From Chthonomonadaceae bacterium (lineage in GTDB: Bacteria > Armatimonadota > Chthonomonadetes > Chthonomonadales > Chthonomonadaceae): a stretch of DNA of 34,065 nucleotides. The translations under genes were made by a program, and so were the position numbers. The notes beneath the pieces were generated by a model. The model had not been told where the DNA came from, did not search any database, and worked only from the letters and a program-made list of their open reading frames with translations. Of this stretch, positions 25,683 to 34,065 are shown one piece after another; the stretch's first letter is position 1; each line of letters begins with the position of its first letter. The stretch spans positions 1 through 34,065 of the forward strand of contig DASRGZ010000055.1 of assembly GCA_035650735.1 (NCBI GenBank), written 5' to 3'.

Positions 25683-27665
25683 TTAGCGTACGCCCCGCTT
25701 GTCCTGCGGATCGAAGGTAAACTCCTTTTTAAGCTTGCCGTCGTAGTAGATCCGCATGGTAATGTATTTGCCGTAGTAGTCGAACATCAGAGGGAAGCGT
25801 TCGCCCGCGTTGTGAAGCTCGTCAATGGCCGTATGCCAGCCCTGCGAGTCGCGATAGTCAATGCGCACCTGCCGGATGCCCTCGCCATCGTTGGCGATAT
25901 GGATGGTGCGGTCGAAGGTATGCGGCGGCTGCTCCGGCTGGGTCTGGCTATTGTTATCGGCGGTAGAGTTCTGATCGCCGGTTGGGGGCATGGTAGCCGC
26001 ATCGTTCTGCGTGCCGGTATCAGTTCCGCCATTATCAGCGCTGCCGCTGCCGGAGCCACTGTTATCGGTACCGGAGGGAGCGGCGTTCTGCGGCTCATTG
26101 GTATCTACCGACGCATAGTCGGGCTTGGGCCCATCGCTGACGACCAGGTCAACCGCCGTATCATGGAAGACGCGCTTCTTGTAGGAGACGTTCTGCCGGA
26201 TGACGCTGTTGGCCGGCACGGTGCTGCTGTACTCCGGCATAATGCGCCCGACCGTCAATCCGGCATCTTTGAGCTTCTTCTCCGCCTCCTCTTTGGGCAG
26301 ATTGACCACGTTGGGCACGTTGACGTAGGTCGGTCCCTTGCTATACCAGACATTGATGGTCTGGCCGGGGTGGATCTGGGCGCCGCGATCATGGTCGGTC
26401 TTGTAGACGATGTTGCGGGGCTTATCGGTGTACTCGCTATGCTCCCGCAACGTGACGTTAAGCTGTTTCGCCATCGCGCGCACCTGATCAATCGGCTTGC
26501 CCACCATCTGCGGCACGGCGACGGGCTTGGGCACGACCCACAGAGAACTCCAGACGCCCACGAAGCCGATCAGAGCCATCACGATCACGGCGGTCACCGT
26601 TCCAATGGCGATCTTAAGATAGATGGAAACGCGGTCGTCTTCGGTGCGCAGGCGGTTTCGAGTGGGCATGGCGATAGGGACACTGGAGGCCGCGACATCG
26701 GCGACCGGTTCGGGCACCGTGGCGACAGGCGGCGACGCAACAGAGCCGGCGCGCGCCGGCTCCGCCTGTTTCGGGATGGGCGCCGCGCTGGCGGTGGCCA
26801 ACTGCTCGAACTCAATGGGCGACCAGGAGAGCGGCTTGCCGAAGCGCAGGGCATCGCGCACCGATTTGAGATCGTTGAGCAGGTCGGCGGCGCTGCGATA
26901 TCGCTGGTCGGGCCGCTTCTGAAGGCACTTATAGATGATGCCTTCCACCGAGCGCGGCACGCCGGGGTTGAGCGTGCGCGGCGAGGGGATAGGCGAGAAG
27001 GCGTGCATCTCGGCGATGGCCTCCGGGGATTCCCCCGCGTAGAGGGACGTGCCGGTCAGCATCTCATAGAGGATGGCGCCTAAAGCATAGATGTCACCGC
27101 CGACGGTGCCGGGCAGCGTGGTGGAGAGCTCCGGCGCATGGTAGGGAGCGGCGCGCAGCAGTATCTCGTGCTGGGCCAGCGGCGAGCGCGCCACCGCCCG
27201 CTGCACGCCGAAATCGGTCACTTTCACCGCGCCTTCCGGGCTGATGATGACGTTCTGGGGTCGCAGGTCGCCGTGTACCTGCCCGATGCTGTGGGCGTAG
27301 TGCAGCGCCTCCCCGATGGCGCAGGCAAAATCCACAGCCACCGAGAGGGTGAAGGGAGCGATCCGTCGGATGCGCTCCTTGAGGTTGATGCCACGCACGA
27401 ACTCCAGCACGGAGTAGGACGTGCCCGCATCTACGCCAAATTCCAGAACCCGGGTGATATTGGGATGGTTGAGGTGCCCAGCGGCGTTCATGCCCGCCTT
27501 GAGCCCCTCCATAAAGGCCGGGTCGGCGGCGTAGGCTGGCTGCACCGTCTTGATGGCGACGACGCGGTTGGCGGACTTGTCGCGCGCCTTATAGACAACG
27601 AAGAGCGGGCTCTCGCCGACTTTTTCCAGCACCTCGTAGCGCTGATGGATCAGATGGTTAATCAC
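25683..27665 (-). CDS. Hanks-type Ser/Thr kinase with TM segment and PASTA domains (PknB/PrkC-like), atypical catalytic motifs
   Basis: VAIK, HPNI, KVTDFG, APE, DIYALG.ILYEMLTG, then a TM segment and two PASTA repeats (VPQMVGK, VPNVVNL...L.VG...VI.Q). Confidence 0.9.
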   Translation of the reverse strand: MINHLIHQRYEVLEKVGESPLFVVYKARDKSANRVVAIKTVQPAYAADPAFMEGLKAGMNAAGHLNHPNITRVLEFGVDAGTSYSVLEFVRGINLKERIRRIAPFTLSVAVDFACAIGEALHYAHSIGQVHGDLRPQNVIISPEGAVKVTDFGVQRAVARSPLAQHEILLRAAPYHAPELSTTLPGTVGGDIYALGAILYEMLTGTSLYAGESPEAIAEMHAFSPIPSPRTLNPGVPRSVEGIIYKCLQKRPDQRYRSAADLLNDLKSVRDALRFGKPLSWSPIEFEQLATASAAPIPKQAEPARAGSVASPPVATVPEPVADVAASSVPIAMPTRNRLRTEDDRVSIYLKIAIGTVTAVIVMALIGFVGVWSSLWVVPKPVAVPQMVGKPIDQVRAMAKQLNVTLREHSEYTDKPRNIVYKTDHDRGAQIHPGQTINVWYSKGPTYVNVPNVVNLPKEEAEKKLKDAGLTVGRIMPEYSSTVPANSVIRQNVSYKKRVFHDTAVDLVVSDGPKPDYASVDTNEPQNAAPSGTDNSGSGSGSADNGGTDTGTQNDAATMPPTGDQNSTADNNSQTQPEQPPHTFDRTIHIANDGEGIRQVRIDYRDSQGWHTAIDELHNAGERFPLMFDYYGKYITMRIYYDGKLKKEFTFDPQDKRGVR

Positions 27666-28128
27666 TGGGTTCGTCTCTCCTGAAGGACGACCGGGGCGCG
27701 GGAGACACGAGGGTATGCGGGCGCGCGGCCTGGAAGCGACGCACCACGCGCAGGGTCAGCACCAGCACCGTCACCACCAGCAGCGCCAGGTAAACCTGCA
27801 CCAGAAGGCCGTCATCCACGCTGTGGTTCCACTGCGCCACCTGGGAGGCCGAAAGCACGCCCGCAGAGATCAGCGCCGGAAGCAGCACCCAGCGCCCGGC
27901 AAACAACAGTATCCAGAGCAGAGCCAGTATCTGACTGGCTAGCGGCGGCAAAACGTCGGGCAGCGCCTCAGGAGAAGCCCCGCTCGGCGTTGAGGCTGTC
28001 TCCTCTAGCGGCGGCAAAGCGTCGGGCAGCGCCTCCTGATCCGGCTGATCCAGAGACGGCGGCGTTTGTTGCGGCGTGTTCTCTTCCGGCTCTGCTTCTC
28101 TGGGTAGTGGCAATGGATCAACGAGCAA
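27658..28128 (-). CDS. Hypothetical membrane protein with a Pro/Glu-rich N-terminus
   Basis: Two hydrophobic segments; its stop overlaps the kinase start; EALPD.LPPL occurs twice. Confidence 0.6.
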   Translation of the reverse strand: MLVDPLPLPREAEPEENTPQQTPPSLDQPDQEALPDALPPLEETASTPSGASPEALPDVLPPLASQILALLWILLFAGRWVLLPALISAGVLSASQVAQWNHSVDDGLLVQVYLALLVVTVLVLTLRVVRRFQAARPHTLVSPAPRSSFRRDEPSD

Positions 28129-28143
28129 TGATGAACGACCTCT

Positions 28144-29244
28144 CTATAACTGCCGCTGGCGGACGAGCGCGGCACGTACCGCATCCGGGGGAACCGCATC
28201 CATGAGGGCGACCTCGCCGAGGCGTCGCGCCAGAACGAAGCGTAATTCTCCCTCTTGCGCCTTTTTGTCGCGCTGCGCCGCCGCCAGAATGGCCTCCGCT
28301 TCCACATCGGCGGGAAACGCGACGGGCAGGCGTGCCGTGTGCAGGGCACGGGCGATCTCTTGCGTGACGTCAGGCGGCGTGAGGCCGAGGTCTTCGCCGA
28401 TCAGGCAGGCCGAAACCATGCCGATGGCAATCGCCTCCCCATGCTTATAGCGCCGATAGCCCGTCACGGCCTCCAGCGCATGGCCGACGGTGTGCCCGAA
28501 GTTCAGGATGGCGCGCAGCCCTTGCTCGGTCTCATCCTGCGTGACGACCTCGGCCTTAATCTCGCATGAGCGCGCGATGGCGCGAGACAGGGCCTCCGCA
28601 TCGCGGCGCAGTAATCGCGGCAGATCCCTCGCGACGGAATGAAAAAACGGTTCCTCGCAAATTATACCATACTTGAGTACCTCCGCCAAACCCGCCCGCA
28701 GCTCGCGGGTCGGGAGGGTCGCCAGGGTGCGGGGGTCGATCAGCACAGCGGCGGGCTGGTGGAACGCGCCGACCAGGTTCTTGCCCTGCGGCAGGTCCAC
28801 GCCGGTCTTACCGCCGACGCTGGCATCCACCTGCGCCAGCAGCGTCGTGGGCACCTGAACGAAGCGCACGCCGCGCAGATAGGTGGCGGCGGCAAAGCCC
28901 GCCAGATCGCCGAGCACGCCGCCGCCCACGACGATCACCAGGCTCTTCCGGTCCAGCCCGGCGGCCAGGAAGGCGTCATAGAGGCGGGCGACGCTGCGCA
29001 GCGTCTTGGTGTGCTCGCCGGGCGGCAGCGTGACGAGGTACGGCGTCAGGCCGCGCGCCTGGAGGCCGGATTGCAGTGGCGCGGCGTAGGCCCTCAAGCC
29101 CGGATGCGTGACGAGGACGGCGCGCTTGCCGAGGGCCATGTCGGCTACGATCTCGGCGGCACGGCCCGAAGCGATCAGGCCCTCCTCGATGGTGATATTA
29201 TAGCTGCGGTCGCCTAGCGCGATAGGAATGCAATACGAACTCAA
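28144..29244 (-). CDS. aroB: 3-dehydroquinate synthase
   Basis: GE..K, GGGV.GDLAGFAAATYLRG, PTTLLAQVDASVGGKTG, KNLVGAFHQP, LNFGHT.GHA; TTG start overlaps the aroK stop. Confidence 0.97.
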   Translation of the reverse strand: MSSYCIPIALGDRSYNITIEEGLIASGRAAEIVADMALGKRAVLVTHPGLRAYAAPLQSGLQARGLTPYLVTLPPGEHTKTLRSVARLYDAFLAAGLDRKSLVIVVGGGVLGDLAGFAAATYLRGVRFVQVPTTLLAQVDASVGGKTGVDLPQGKNLVGAFHQPAAVLIDPRTLATLPTRELRAGLAEVLKYGIICEEPFFHSVARDLPRLLRRDAEALSRAIARSCEIKAEVVTQDETEQGLRAILNFGHTVGHALEAVTGYRRYKHGEAIAIGMVSACLIGEDLGLTPPDVTQEIARALHTARLPVAFPADVEAEAILAAAQRDKKAQEGELRFVLARRLGEVALMDAVPPDAVRAALVRQRQL

Positions 29245-29771
29245 ACGGCGGCCTCCTGAAGACGATACCAGGCCACGATCTGCGCGGCGATCTCCTGCGG
29301 GGAGCGGTCGGTGGTATCCATGCGATGATGGGCGGCGGCTTCGTAGCGGGGCAGGCGCTCGGCCAGCAGCGCCTCGACGCGGGCGCGTGGGTCGGGCGCT
29401 CCGGCCAGCAGCGGACGGCTGCGCGCGTTGCCGACGCGCCGCAGGATGATATGTGGCGCCGCCGTGAGCAGGACGATCCGGCCCCTGGCGTGCAGGCAGG
29501 CCGCATTCTCCGGGTCGAGGATGGCCCCGCCGCCCGTCGCGATGACCAGCCCCGGCGTCTCCGCCAGCTCCCGGATGACCTCCCGTTCCATCTGCCGGAA
29601 GGCCGCTTCCCCCTGCATGGCAAATAGCTGCGGGATGGAGCAGCCCGCGCGCCGCTCGATCACGCTGTCGCTATCATAAAACCTGTAGCCAAGCTGCGCC
29701 GCGCACAGCTTCCCCACAGTAGATTTGCCCGTTCCCATAAAACCAATGAGAACTAAGTTTGGCGCTGCCAT
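29241..29771 (-). CDS. aroK: Shikimate kinase
   Basis: LIGFMGTGKSTVG, GE.AFR..E, ATGGG, RPLL. Confidence 0.96.
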   Translation of the reverse strand: MAAPNLVLIGFMGTGKSTVGKLCAAQLGYRFYDSDSVIERRAGCSIPQLFAMQGEAAFRQMEREVIRELAETPGLVIATGGGAILDPENAACLHARGRIVLLTAAPHIILRRVGNARSRPLLAGAPDPRARVEALLAERLPRYEAAAHHRMDTTDRSPQEIAAQIVAWYRLQEAAV

Positions 29772-29789
29772 GTTCCTCTTTAGGCTGAT

Positions 29790-30977
29790 CTAGCTGTAAT
29801 GCGGCTGCCAGCCGCGCGCGCGCACTTCGGACAGGTACGAGTCCACATTGCGCCGGAACTCCTGGAGGCTGTCGCCGCCGAACTTCTCCAGCACGGCGCC
29901 GGTCAGGGCGAGGGCGACCATCGCTTCGCCGACAACAGCGGCAGCCGGCACTGCGCATACATCCGAGCGCTCGAAATGCGCCTTGACCGCCTGCCGGGTC
30001 TTCATGTCCACCGTCGCCAGCGGCGTGGGCAGAGTCGAAAGCGGCTTCATCGCGGCGCGCACGACGACCGGCTCGCCGTTGGTCATGCCGCCCTCCAGGC
30101 CGCCGGCGTTGTTGGTGCCGCGCGTGAAGCCTTCGCCCGCGCCGAAGAAAAGCTCGTCATGCACCTTCGAGCCGGGCAGGGTCGCCACTCCAAAGCCCAG
30201 GCCGATCTCGACGCCCTTGATCGCCTGAATGCTCATCACGGCGGCGGCAAGGCGCGAGTCGAGCTTGCGATCCCAGTGGACGAAGCTGCCCAGCCCCGGC
30301 GGGCAGCCGAGCGCGACCACCTCAAAGACCCCGCCGAGCGTGTCGCGCGTGCCCTCCTGCATACAGACGTCAATAGCGGCGATCATTTTGGCTTCCGCTT
30401 CCGGATCGGCACAGCGCACCGGCGATTGCTCCGCTCGCGCCGCCAGCGCCCGGTAATCCACCTTCGTATCGAAATGCGCCCAGACGTCGCCGATCATGAC
30501 GACGTGGCTCATGATCTCGATGCCAGCGTGCCGGAGCAGCTGCCGGCAGATGGCGGCGACGGCCACCAGCGCCGCCGTATTGCGCGCACTGGAGCGCTCT
30601 AGGATGGGGCGCAGATCCTCGGTAGCGTATTTGAGCATACCGGGGAAATCGGCGTGACCGGGGCGCGGCTGCGTGATCGGCGGCGTCTCCTGCTCCACCG
30701 GCGTCACGGACATCCGGTCCCGCCAGTTCTCGAAATCGCGGTTGCGCACCAGCAGCGTGATCGGCCCGCCCATCGTGCGGCCAAAGCGCACACCGGACAG
30801 GATCTCCACCTTATCGCTCTCGATCTGCTGGCGTGCGCCCCGTCCGTAGCCTCCCTGGCGCCGCTTGAGCTGGCCGTTAATCTCATCAAAATCCAGAGGT
30901 AGGTTGGCGGGCAATCCCTCGATGATCGCCGAGAGCGACGGCCCGTGGGACTCGCCGCCAGTCAGAAAACGAAACAA
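29790..30977 (-). CDS. aroC: Chorismate synthase
   Basis: GESHG, RRQGGYGRG, PRPGHAD, LERSSAR.TA, NNAGGLEGGMTNG, ERSD.C. Confidence 0.98.
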   Translation of the reverse strand: MFRFLTGGESHGPSLSAIIEGLPANLPLDFDEINGQLKRRQGGYGRGARQQIESDKVEILSGVRFGRTMGGPITLLVRNRDFENWRDRMSVTPVEQETPPITQPRPGHADFPGMLKYATEDLRPILERSSARNTAALVAVAAICRQLLRHAGIEIMSHVVMIGDVWAHFDTKVDYRALAARAEQSPVRCADPEAEAKMIAAIDVCMQEGTRDTLGGVFEVVALGCPPGLGSFVHWDRKLDSRLAAAVMSIQAIKGVEIGLGFGVATLPGSKVHDELFFGAGEGFTRGTNNAGGLEGGMTNGEPVVVRAAMKPLSTLPTPLATVDMKTRQAVKAHFERSDVCAVPAAAVVGEAMVALALTGAVLEKFGGDSLQEFRRNVDSYLSEVRARGWQPHYS

Positions 30978-31218
30978 GCCTCGATTCCTTTCTACAGTGC
31001 AGGCAACGCTCGCTGCTGCCTATCCAAAGACGCGAAGGACACGCAGGAGCGCGGCCTGACAGCAGATGCCTCCAAAGAAGGCATTGCGCGTGCCAGGCGT
31101 CTGATGCGTGTCGTTTCGCAAAGTACGGCTTCCCCCAGGCCCGTGGGGATCGCGTATAGTTATCTTACCCTGAAAAACCGGAATTTGAGCCAGGCTGTTG
31201 GGTTAGTCCTCGTAGAAG

Positions 31219-31562
31219 ACCTCACCCCCGGCCCTATAGTCTCCACCCCCAACCCCTCCCCCAATTCTAGGGGAGGGGAAACGGAGAAGCCAGGATTTAC
31301 CTCTGCCTGCGTAGGCAGAACGTTCCGCCCACGTAGGTGGGCGGCGGGCCTCGCTAGGTGTCGCCAGGCGGAGGGCTGTGGCAAGGCAGAGGCAGGGGCC
31401 GTAACCCTGCCGACCCTGGCAGTCCATTGTAGGCCCGACCCTGGCAGTCAACCTTAAGCGCCGCTTCTACCAGGCCGAGATAATATCCTTGCAGTCCATT
31501 GCAGGCCCGCCCCTTACCGTCAACGGGCCGCAGGCCCCACAGCGGCAGGGTTTAGCCTGCCG
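31219..31562 (+). repeat. Mosaic intergenic repeat: family C modules flanking family A modules (family A copy 5)
   Basis: CCTCACCCCC...CCCCTCCC/GGGAGGGG hairpin; CTCTGCCTGCGTAGGCAG and CGCCCACGTAGGTGGGCG (C); GGTGTCGCCAGGCGGAG and CGACCCTGGCAGT at 31411 and 31436 (A); terminal CCACAGCGGCAGGGTTTAGCCTGCCG (C). Confidence 0.8.
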
Positions 31563-31578
31563 GACGGAGGGTTAGGTT

Positions 31579-33477
31579 TTAAGGCGTCAGGTTGCCGCCC
31601 GGACCAGGAGGCGCGCCAGCGCCGGCCGGAGGAGCCACCAGCGGCGCGCCGCCGCGCAGCGCCGAGGTCTCGCCGCGCTCCGGAATGATGCTGGGAGTGA
31701 TAAATACCAGCAGCTCCGAGTCGGCAGTGGTCACGTTGTGCGACCTGAACAGGTTGCCGATGAGTGGCAGATCGCCCAGCAGCGGCACTTTTGCCTGCGT
31801 TACCTGGTCGTTTTTCTGGACCAGACCCCCGATCACCATCGTCTCGCCGTTGCGGATGCGCCGCTGCACGGTCACCGTCTGCTGGTTGACGACCGGCGCG
31901 GTCTGGCCCTGCGGCCCCGTTACGAATGTCGAGGTGCTGGCAATGGAGACCGTTCCCAGCACCGTGATCGTGTTATCCGCATTAATGCGCGGTAGGATAA
32001 CCAGCGTGGTAAAGACCGGCACCGGTATGATGGTGGTCGCCAACGCCACCGTACCGTTCTGCGAGATGACGGGCGTGGAGATAAACACCGGAATCGTCTG
32101 GCCGACGAACAGGGGTATCGGCAGGTTATTAAGCGTGGTGGCGGTCGGCGCGGCCACGATCTTGCCGCGTCCCGTCGTCAGGATCCAGCTTAGCTGCGCC
32201 TGCAGATTGCCCGTCGCGTAGGTGATGAAGGCGGTGTTGGAGGTGCTGAAGCCTGTATTGGCTCCGGCAATGAAGTTGACCTTCTGGACGCTCCAGTTGA
32301 TGCCGAAGGCGTTGGTATCATTCTGCGAGACGGTGATGAACTCAGCCTTCACCGCCACCTGCCGGGGAGCGACATCAAAGAAGCGAATGATCTCGCGCAA
32401 GTCACGGATGGCCTCTGGCGTACCGCGCACGATGATGGAGTTGTCCAACTCGTAGCCGAAAATATCGGTAATGCCTTCGGGAAGCAGGCTGCGCGCTGCG
32501 CCCTGCTGTCCGGCTGCGCCCGGAGCGCCAGGCTGCCCGCCGATTCCGCCCGGCGCGCCACCACCTGGCGGCTGCCCGCCGAAGAAGCCGCCTCCGCCTC
32601 CCGGGAACCCGCCACCGCCGCCACGCTGGAATCCGCCGCGTCCGAACTCCTGGCGCGCATCGCCGTTATCGCGGCGGGCGCCCTGGTCGCCGGTCGTATC
32701 GCCGCCGAGGCCCGAATTGCCGATGCCTGCTGCGCCCTGATTACCGCCCAGGTTCTCCAGGCCGCTCGCGGGCGTCAGGTTAGGCTGAGGACCTACCGGA
32801 GCGCTGGGAGGAACGAACGGGCGTAGCTGGGAGCCGTTCTGCCATTCCCGGATCGGCGTTCCTCCGTTCACTTCCCGGAGCGCCTGATAGGGAGACTGGT
32901 TGGGATTTACCAGCGTCTTAATGACATTGACGGTAAGCTGCTGGTTGATATCCTGGAGCGGGCCGCCGTTGATGCCGAGGCGATAGAGAAGAGATTGGGG
33001 TTCGGAGTTAATGAGCCGGATCTTTTCCCAGTGGGTCTCCACGACCGGTCGCGGGTTCTCCTCGGTAGGTGGAGGCGCGGCCTCCGGCTTGGGCGCGGAG
33101 CCTTTCGGGCCGACATAATAGACGCCATCTTTCTCCCAGATGTCGGCTCCGGCGGAGATCGCGATCAGGTTGAGCGCTTCCGTCAGTGGAACCTTATCGA
33201 GCGTTACCGTCACAGGCCCATAATTGTAGTTGGAGTTGACAAAGACGATATTCAATCCGGTCCGTTGCTTAAGCAGCCGGATAGCCGTCGTCAGCGGCGC
33301 ATTGGTCAGATCGAGATGATCTACCATTAGATTAAGCGGCTTTGCGGCTTCCTGGTCGTGCAGGGATGTGCTCTCCTGCGCCCGCGCATGCGGTCCACTG
33401 GCAGCCAGCATCGTCGTGCCGAGCGCAGCAGCGGCTAGAATGCCGGTTGCGCGCTTCCTCTGCCATTGCAAGCCCAT
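31579..33477 (-). CDS. Secretin (GspD/PilQ family outer-membrane channel) with a Gly/Pro-rich insertion
   Basis: Signal peptide, STN-like N-domain, NSIIVRGTPE N3 domain, and secretin domain GETMVIGGL...KVPLLGDLPLIGNLFRS...ELLVFITPSII. Confidence 0.88.
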   Translation of the reverse strand: MGLQWQRKRATGILAAAALGTTMLAASGPHARAQESTSLHDQEAAKPLNLMVDHLDLTNAPLTTAIRLLKQRTGLNIVFVNSNYNYGPVTVTLDKVPLTEALNLIAISAGADIWEKDGVYYVGPKGSAPKPEAAPPPTEENPRPVVETHWEKIRLINSEPQSLLYRLGINGGPLQDINQQLTVNVIKTLVNPNQSPYQALREVNGGTPIREWQNGSQLRPFVPPSAPVGPQPNLTPASGLENLGGNQGAAGIGNSGLGGDTTGDQGARRDNGDARQEFGRGGFQRGGGGGFPGGGGGFFGGQPPGGGAPGGIGGQPGAPGAAGQQGAARSLLPEGITDIFGYELDNSIIVRGTPEAIRDLREIIRFFDVAPRQVAVKAEFITVSQNDTNAFGINWSVQKVNFIAGANTGFSTSNTAFITYATGNLQAQLSWILTTGRGKIVAAPTATTLNNLPIPLFVGQTIPVFISTPVISQNGTVALATTIIPVPVFTTLVILPRINADNTITVLGTVSIASTSTFVTGPQGQTAPVVNQQTVTVQRRIRNGETMVIGGLVQKNDQVTQAKVPLLGDLPLIGNLFRSHNVTTADSELLVFITPSIIPERGETSALRGGAPLVAPPAGAGAPPGPGGNLTP

Positions 33478-33582
33478 ACAATGCCCCCCTTTGCGCCGGT
33501 CAGGCGCGTCTCATTGATTTTACTGTCTTGCTTGCTTACCTCATTGTCTTGCGGTTCACCCCGCGTGGGCGGGATATAGATA

Positions 33583-33685
33583 ACTCAAGTTGCTACCTTG
33601 CCTCTTCGAGAAGGCAAACGGTGATGCAAAAGCCGGTTTCCAGAGCGATTCTCTCTCAAACGTGTTCCTAGGTAGCAACTTGGGT
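33583..33685 (-). mobile_element. 103-bp MITE copy 2 (inverted), flanked by TAGATA direct repeats
   Basis: ACTCAAGTTGCTACCT...AGGTAGCAACTTGGGT; TAGATA at 33577-33582 and 33686-33691. Confidence 0.9.
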
Positions 33686-33929
33686 TAGATAAACTCGTCT
33701 CTTGCGCATGCACTCTCCGTTCGGCCGCTCCAGGCCAAACGATTCTGCGCATGGTTATGGGCAAAGCGGTACGCGCTCACTTTGCCTCAACAAACCGAGC
33801 CGTTAGAAGCCAAAGGAAGGACGTGTTGCCGGATAAAATCAGGGAGATTACAGGGAGAGAGTAGGGAATGGGCGCAGAGCGGCGCGCCCACCCCCGAGTT
33901 TCAAGTAAAGCGGGATCCGGTGACGCAGA

Positions 33930-34064
33930 CTAGTAGCCGCGGCCGCCTCCGAAGCCACCACCGCCGAAGCCGCCCAGGCCGCCTCCGCCGAAGCCGCCCA
34001 TGCCGCCTCCGAAGCCGCCCATGCCGCCTCCGAAGCCGCCCATGCCCATGCCGCCGCCTCCGAA
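33930..34064 (-). CDS. Partial CDS: Gly-rich (GGFGGGM)n C-terminal tail of a gene starting outside the window
   Basis: Translation FGGGGMGMGGFGGGMGGFGGGMGGFGGGGLGGFGGGGFGGGRGY*; 21-bp tandem units. Confidence 0.7.
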   Translation of the reverse strand, partial: FGGGGMGMGGFGGGMGGFGGGMGGFGGGGLGGFGGGGFGGGRGY

Positions 34065-34065
34065 G

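Noticed and set aside
33940..34065. 21-bp tandem repeats as a non-coding VNTR
   Set aside because: They read in frame as a Gly-rich protein tail ending in TAG at 33930-33932.

Overview
High-GC bacterial chromosomal window, mostly on the minus strand. Gene content suggests a diderm Terrabacteria lineage such as Armatimonadota/Chthonomonadales; this is an inference, not a database result. Housekeeping genes: purD, dnaB-rplI, mlaE/F/D, udk, murQ, ribD and riboflavin synthase, rpe, a PASTA Ser/Thr kinase, aroC-aroK-aroB and a secretin. There are also several hypothetical proteins and gene relics, including an internally deleted PQQ glucose dehydrogenase and a 5'-truncated alpha/beta hydrolase. 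No transposase, cas gene, rRNA or tRNA is visible. The most distinctive feature is the intergenic DNA, which carries several families of small non-autonomous elements: (1) a 103-bp MITE in two near-identical inverted copies, each flanked by TAGATA on both sides; (2) a 95-bp MITE inserted at CTAG inside another repeat; (3) a ~200-220-bp REPIN-like element with hairpin ends; (4) a modular CGACCCTRGCAG composite repeat in five intergenic regions; (5) two repeat-spacer-repeat units, both with a 65-bp period, upstream of an uncharacterised 360-aa protein. Also notable are a long MlaD with a likely C-terminal beta-barrel behind a promoter that looks leaderless and overlaps a palindrome, a kinase with non-canonical catalytic motifs, and a secreted SLT-like protein next to murQ. 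I could not establish a clearly new multi-gene system from sequence alone.
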